Part shown: positions 62,684-64,000 of the stretch, in pieces | How positions within the stretch are numbered: the stretch's first letter is position 1 | How the letters are laid out: each line of letters begins with the position of its first letter | Source: Nitrosopumilus sp. | GTDB lineage: Archaea; Thermoproteota; Nitrososphaeria; Nitrososphaerales; Nitrosopumilaceae | Direction: 5' to 3' | Assembly: GCA_965203315.1 (NCBI GenBank) | Contig: OZ241857.1 | Span: forward strand, 1,056,001-1,120,000 | DNA length: 64,000 nt | The notes under the pieces: model-generated | What the model saw: only the letters and a program-made list of their open reading frames with translations | What the model was told of the DNA's origin: nothing | Databases searched by the model: none | Made by a program: the position numbers and the translations under genes

Positions 62684-62875
62684 ATGGTTGAAAAAGGTGA
62701 ACAGTTTTTACAGTTGGTAAACGAACAGAATGATTTGCAGTGGAGTATAGTCTCCAAGTTATCTGCTCTGATCAAGGCAGATTGGCAGTCAGATGATATC
62801 AAAGTGGAACTGACACGACTAGTTGAACGACATATTGAGATTACAAAACAGCTCAACAATATCGACATCAATTAG
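62684..62875 (+). CDS. Small hypothetical protein
   Basis: 63-aa helical ORF with ATG start. Confidence 0.55.
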   Translation: MVEKGEQFLQLVNEQNDLQWSIVSKLSALIKADWQSDDIKVELTRLVERHIEITKQLNNIDIN

Positions 62876-62938
62876 CCTCCACAAATACATCATGTGATTA
62901 TGTAAATGGTATTTTGTGTACTGTATACGAGTATGACA

Positions 62939-63868
62939 CTATAACGCAGTATCTACCATTAATGCGATAAACAAGACTGTAAGATATGGACTAGAGAACT
63001 TGAATAGAGTCCAAGATGCTTTTTCCATAGGTTTTGCGATAACCCATGCTGATAATACTATCATTAAAGAGCCAGATGCAATAGCAGTCCACAGATAAAC
63101 CTCACCCACTAAAGATTCACCACTATCTGTGATCAAGAAGAACGGCACAATAGAAAAGAGCACCATAACCACAGTCGATGCAGCAATAGTTCTTGCAGAT
63201 GTCTTTTCAGATTGGATAGCAGTTAACATTGGAACGTTAACTTTGTTATAATCTTCCTTAAAGTGTAACGTGAGTGCCCATATGTGCATCGGTATCCAGA
63301 TGAATACGAGACCTGCCATAGTTAGTCCCATAGTCCAGAGATCTGTAGTAGTTACTGCAACCCAACCGATCATCGGAGGTGCGCCACCACATAGACCACC
63401 AAGTATTATGTTTGTTCTAGAATTTCTTTTTAGTGCATACGAATATACTAGAACATTATTCAACAAACCAAACGCGATAAATACGGTTGCCCACATTCCT
63501 TGCTCCATAGTTGTAGTATACGAGATACTAAATGCCAATACTAGAGATATTGCAGCTAGTACCAATCCAAAGTTTCTTGCGTGCTCTGCTGGATGAATCC
63601 TCTTAGAGGGCAATGGTCTATTCTTTGTTCGTTCCATTATTGCGTCGATGTCACGGTCATGATAGTTTGTTAGTGTATTTGCGGCAGCCGATCCTGTTGC
63701 TACTGAGAATATCATCAGTATCCATGTGAGAGGTGAGACTTCAATATCGTATATCTGAGATGCTGTAAGGGCTGCTCCAAAGGCCGTAAAAACCAAGAGA
63801 TACCATATCTTTGGTTTAGTAAGCTCATAGTATATAGAAATCTTGGACTCTGTCCTTTGTCGTTGCAA
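62939..63868 (-). CDS. ctaB: Protoheme IX farnesyltransferase (heme o synthase)
   Basis: ELTKPKI, DRDIDAIMERTKNRPLPS, W.PMH.W.L...DY...VPML. Confidence 0.95.
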   Translation of the reverse strand: MQRQRTESKISIYYELTKPKIWYLLVFTAFGAALTASQIYDIEVSPLTWILMIFSVATGSAAANTLTNYHDRDIDAIMERTKNRPLPSKRIHPAEHARNFGLVLAAISLVLAFSISYTTTMEQGMWATVFIAFGLLNNVLVYSYALKRNSRTNIILGGLCGGAPPMIGWVAVTTTDLWTMGLTMAGLVFIWIPMHIWALTLHFKEDYNKVNVPMLTAIQSEKTSARTIAASTVVMVLFSIVPFFLITDSGESLVGEVYLWTAIASGSLMIVLSAWVIAKPMEKASWTLFKFSSPYLTVLFIALMVDTAL

Positions 63869-63870
63869 CT

Positions 63871-64000
63871 CTACTCACTACTACCCGGTAACATATATGG
63901 GATTGCTCTTGCGTGTGACTTCATCTCAATAAATGACTCTGATGATCGCACACCGTCGATACTACCTATCTTTGTCGCAACAATAGTATGCATCTGATCA
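63871..64000 (-). CDS. C-terminus of a probable Lrp/AsnC regulator (cut by the window edge)
   Basis: DQMHTIVATKIGSIDGVRSSESFIEMK...*. Confidence 0.55.
   Translation of the reverse strand, partial: DQMHTIVATKIGSIDGVRSSESFIEMKSHARAIPYMLPGSSE

Overview
Chromosomal window of an ammonia-oxidising archaeon (Nitrosopumilaceae-type gene set: TBP, TFE, rpS19e, aTrm56, archaeal riboflavin operon, P-II, TSP3-repeat protein, MoxR/vWA pair). The heavy IS/MITE load, pseudogenes, giant secreted repeat proteins, S8 protease and TPR paralogs suggest a host-associated (sponge-symbiont-like) lineage (inference). Main observation: three giant secreted proteins share 11 copies of an unrecognised ~200-aa Cys-bearing domain. 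One gene (5012-9475) is the cargo of an apparent MITE-bounded composite transposon (inverted MITE copies, 8-bp GTTAAAAG target duplication) and has a G14 tract between its TATA box and start codon, which suggests phase variation. The other two form a divergent pair (subtilase plus a prodomain-only partner) that share exact inverted DNA tracts. Also present: intact IS66, IS5-like and IS630 elements with TIRs/TSDs, two of which split host genes that rejoin in frame; two IS481 remnants; two MITE families. No rRNA, tRNA or CRISPR array was seen. Product calls come from motif recognition, not database searches.
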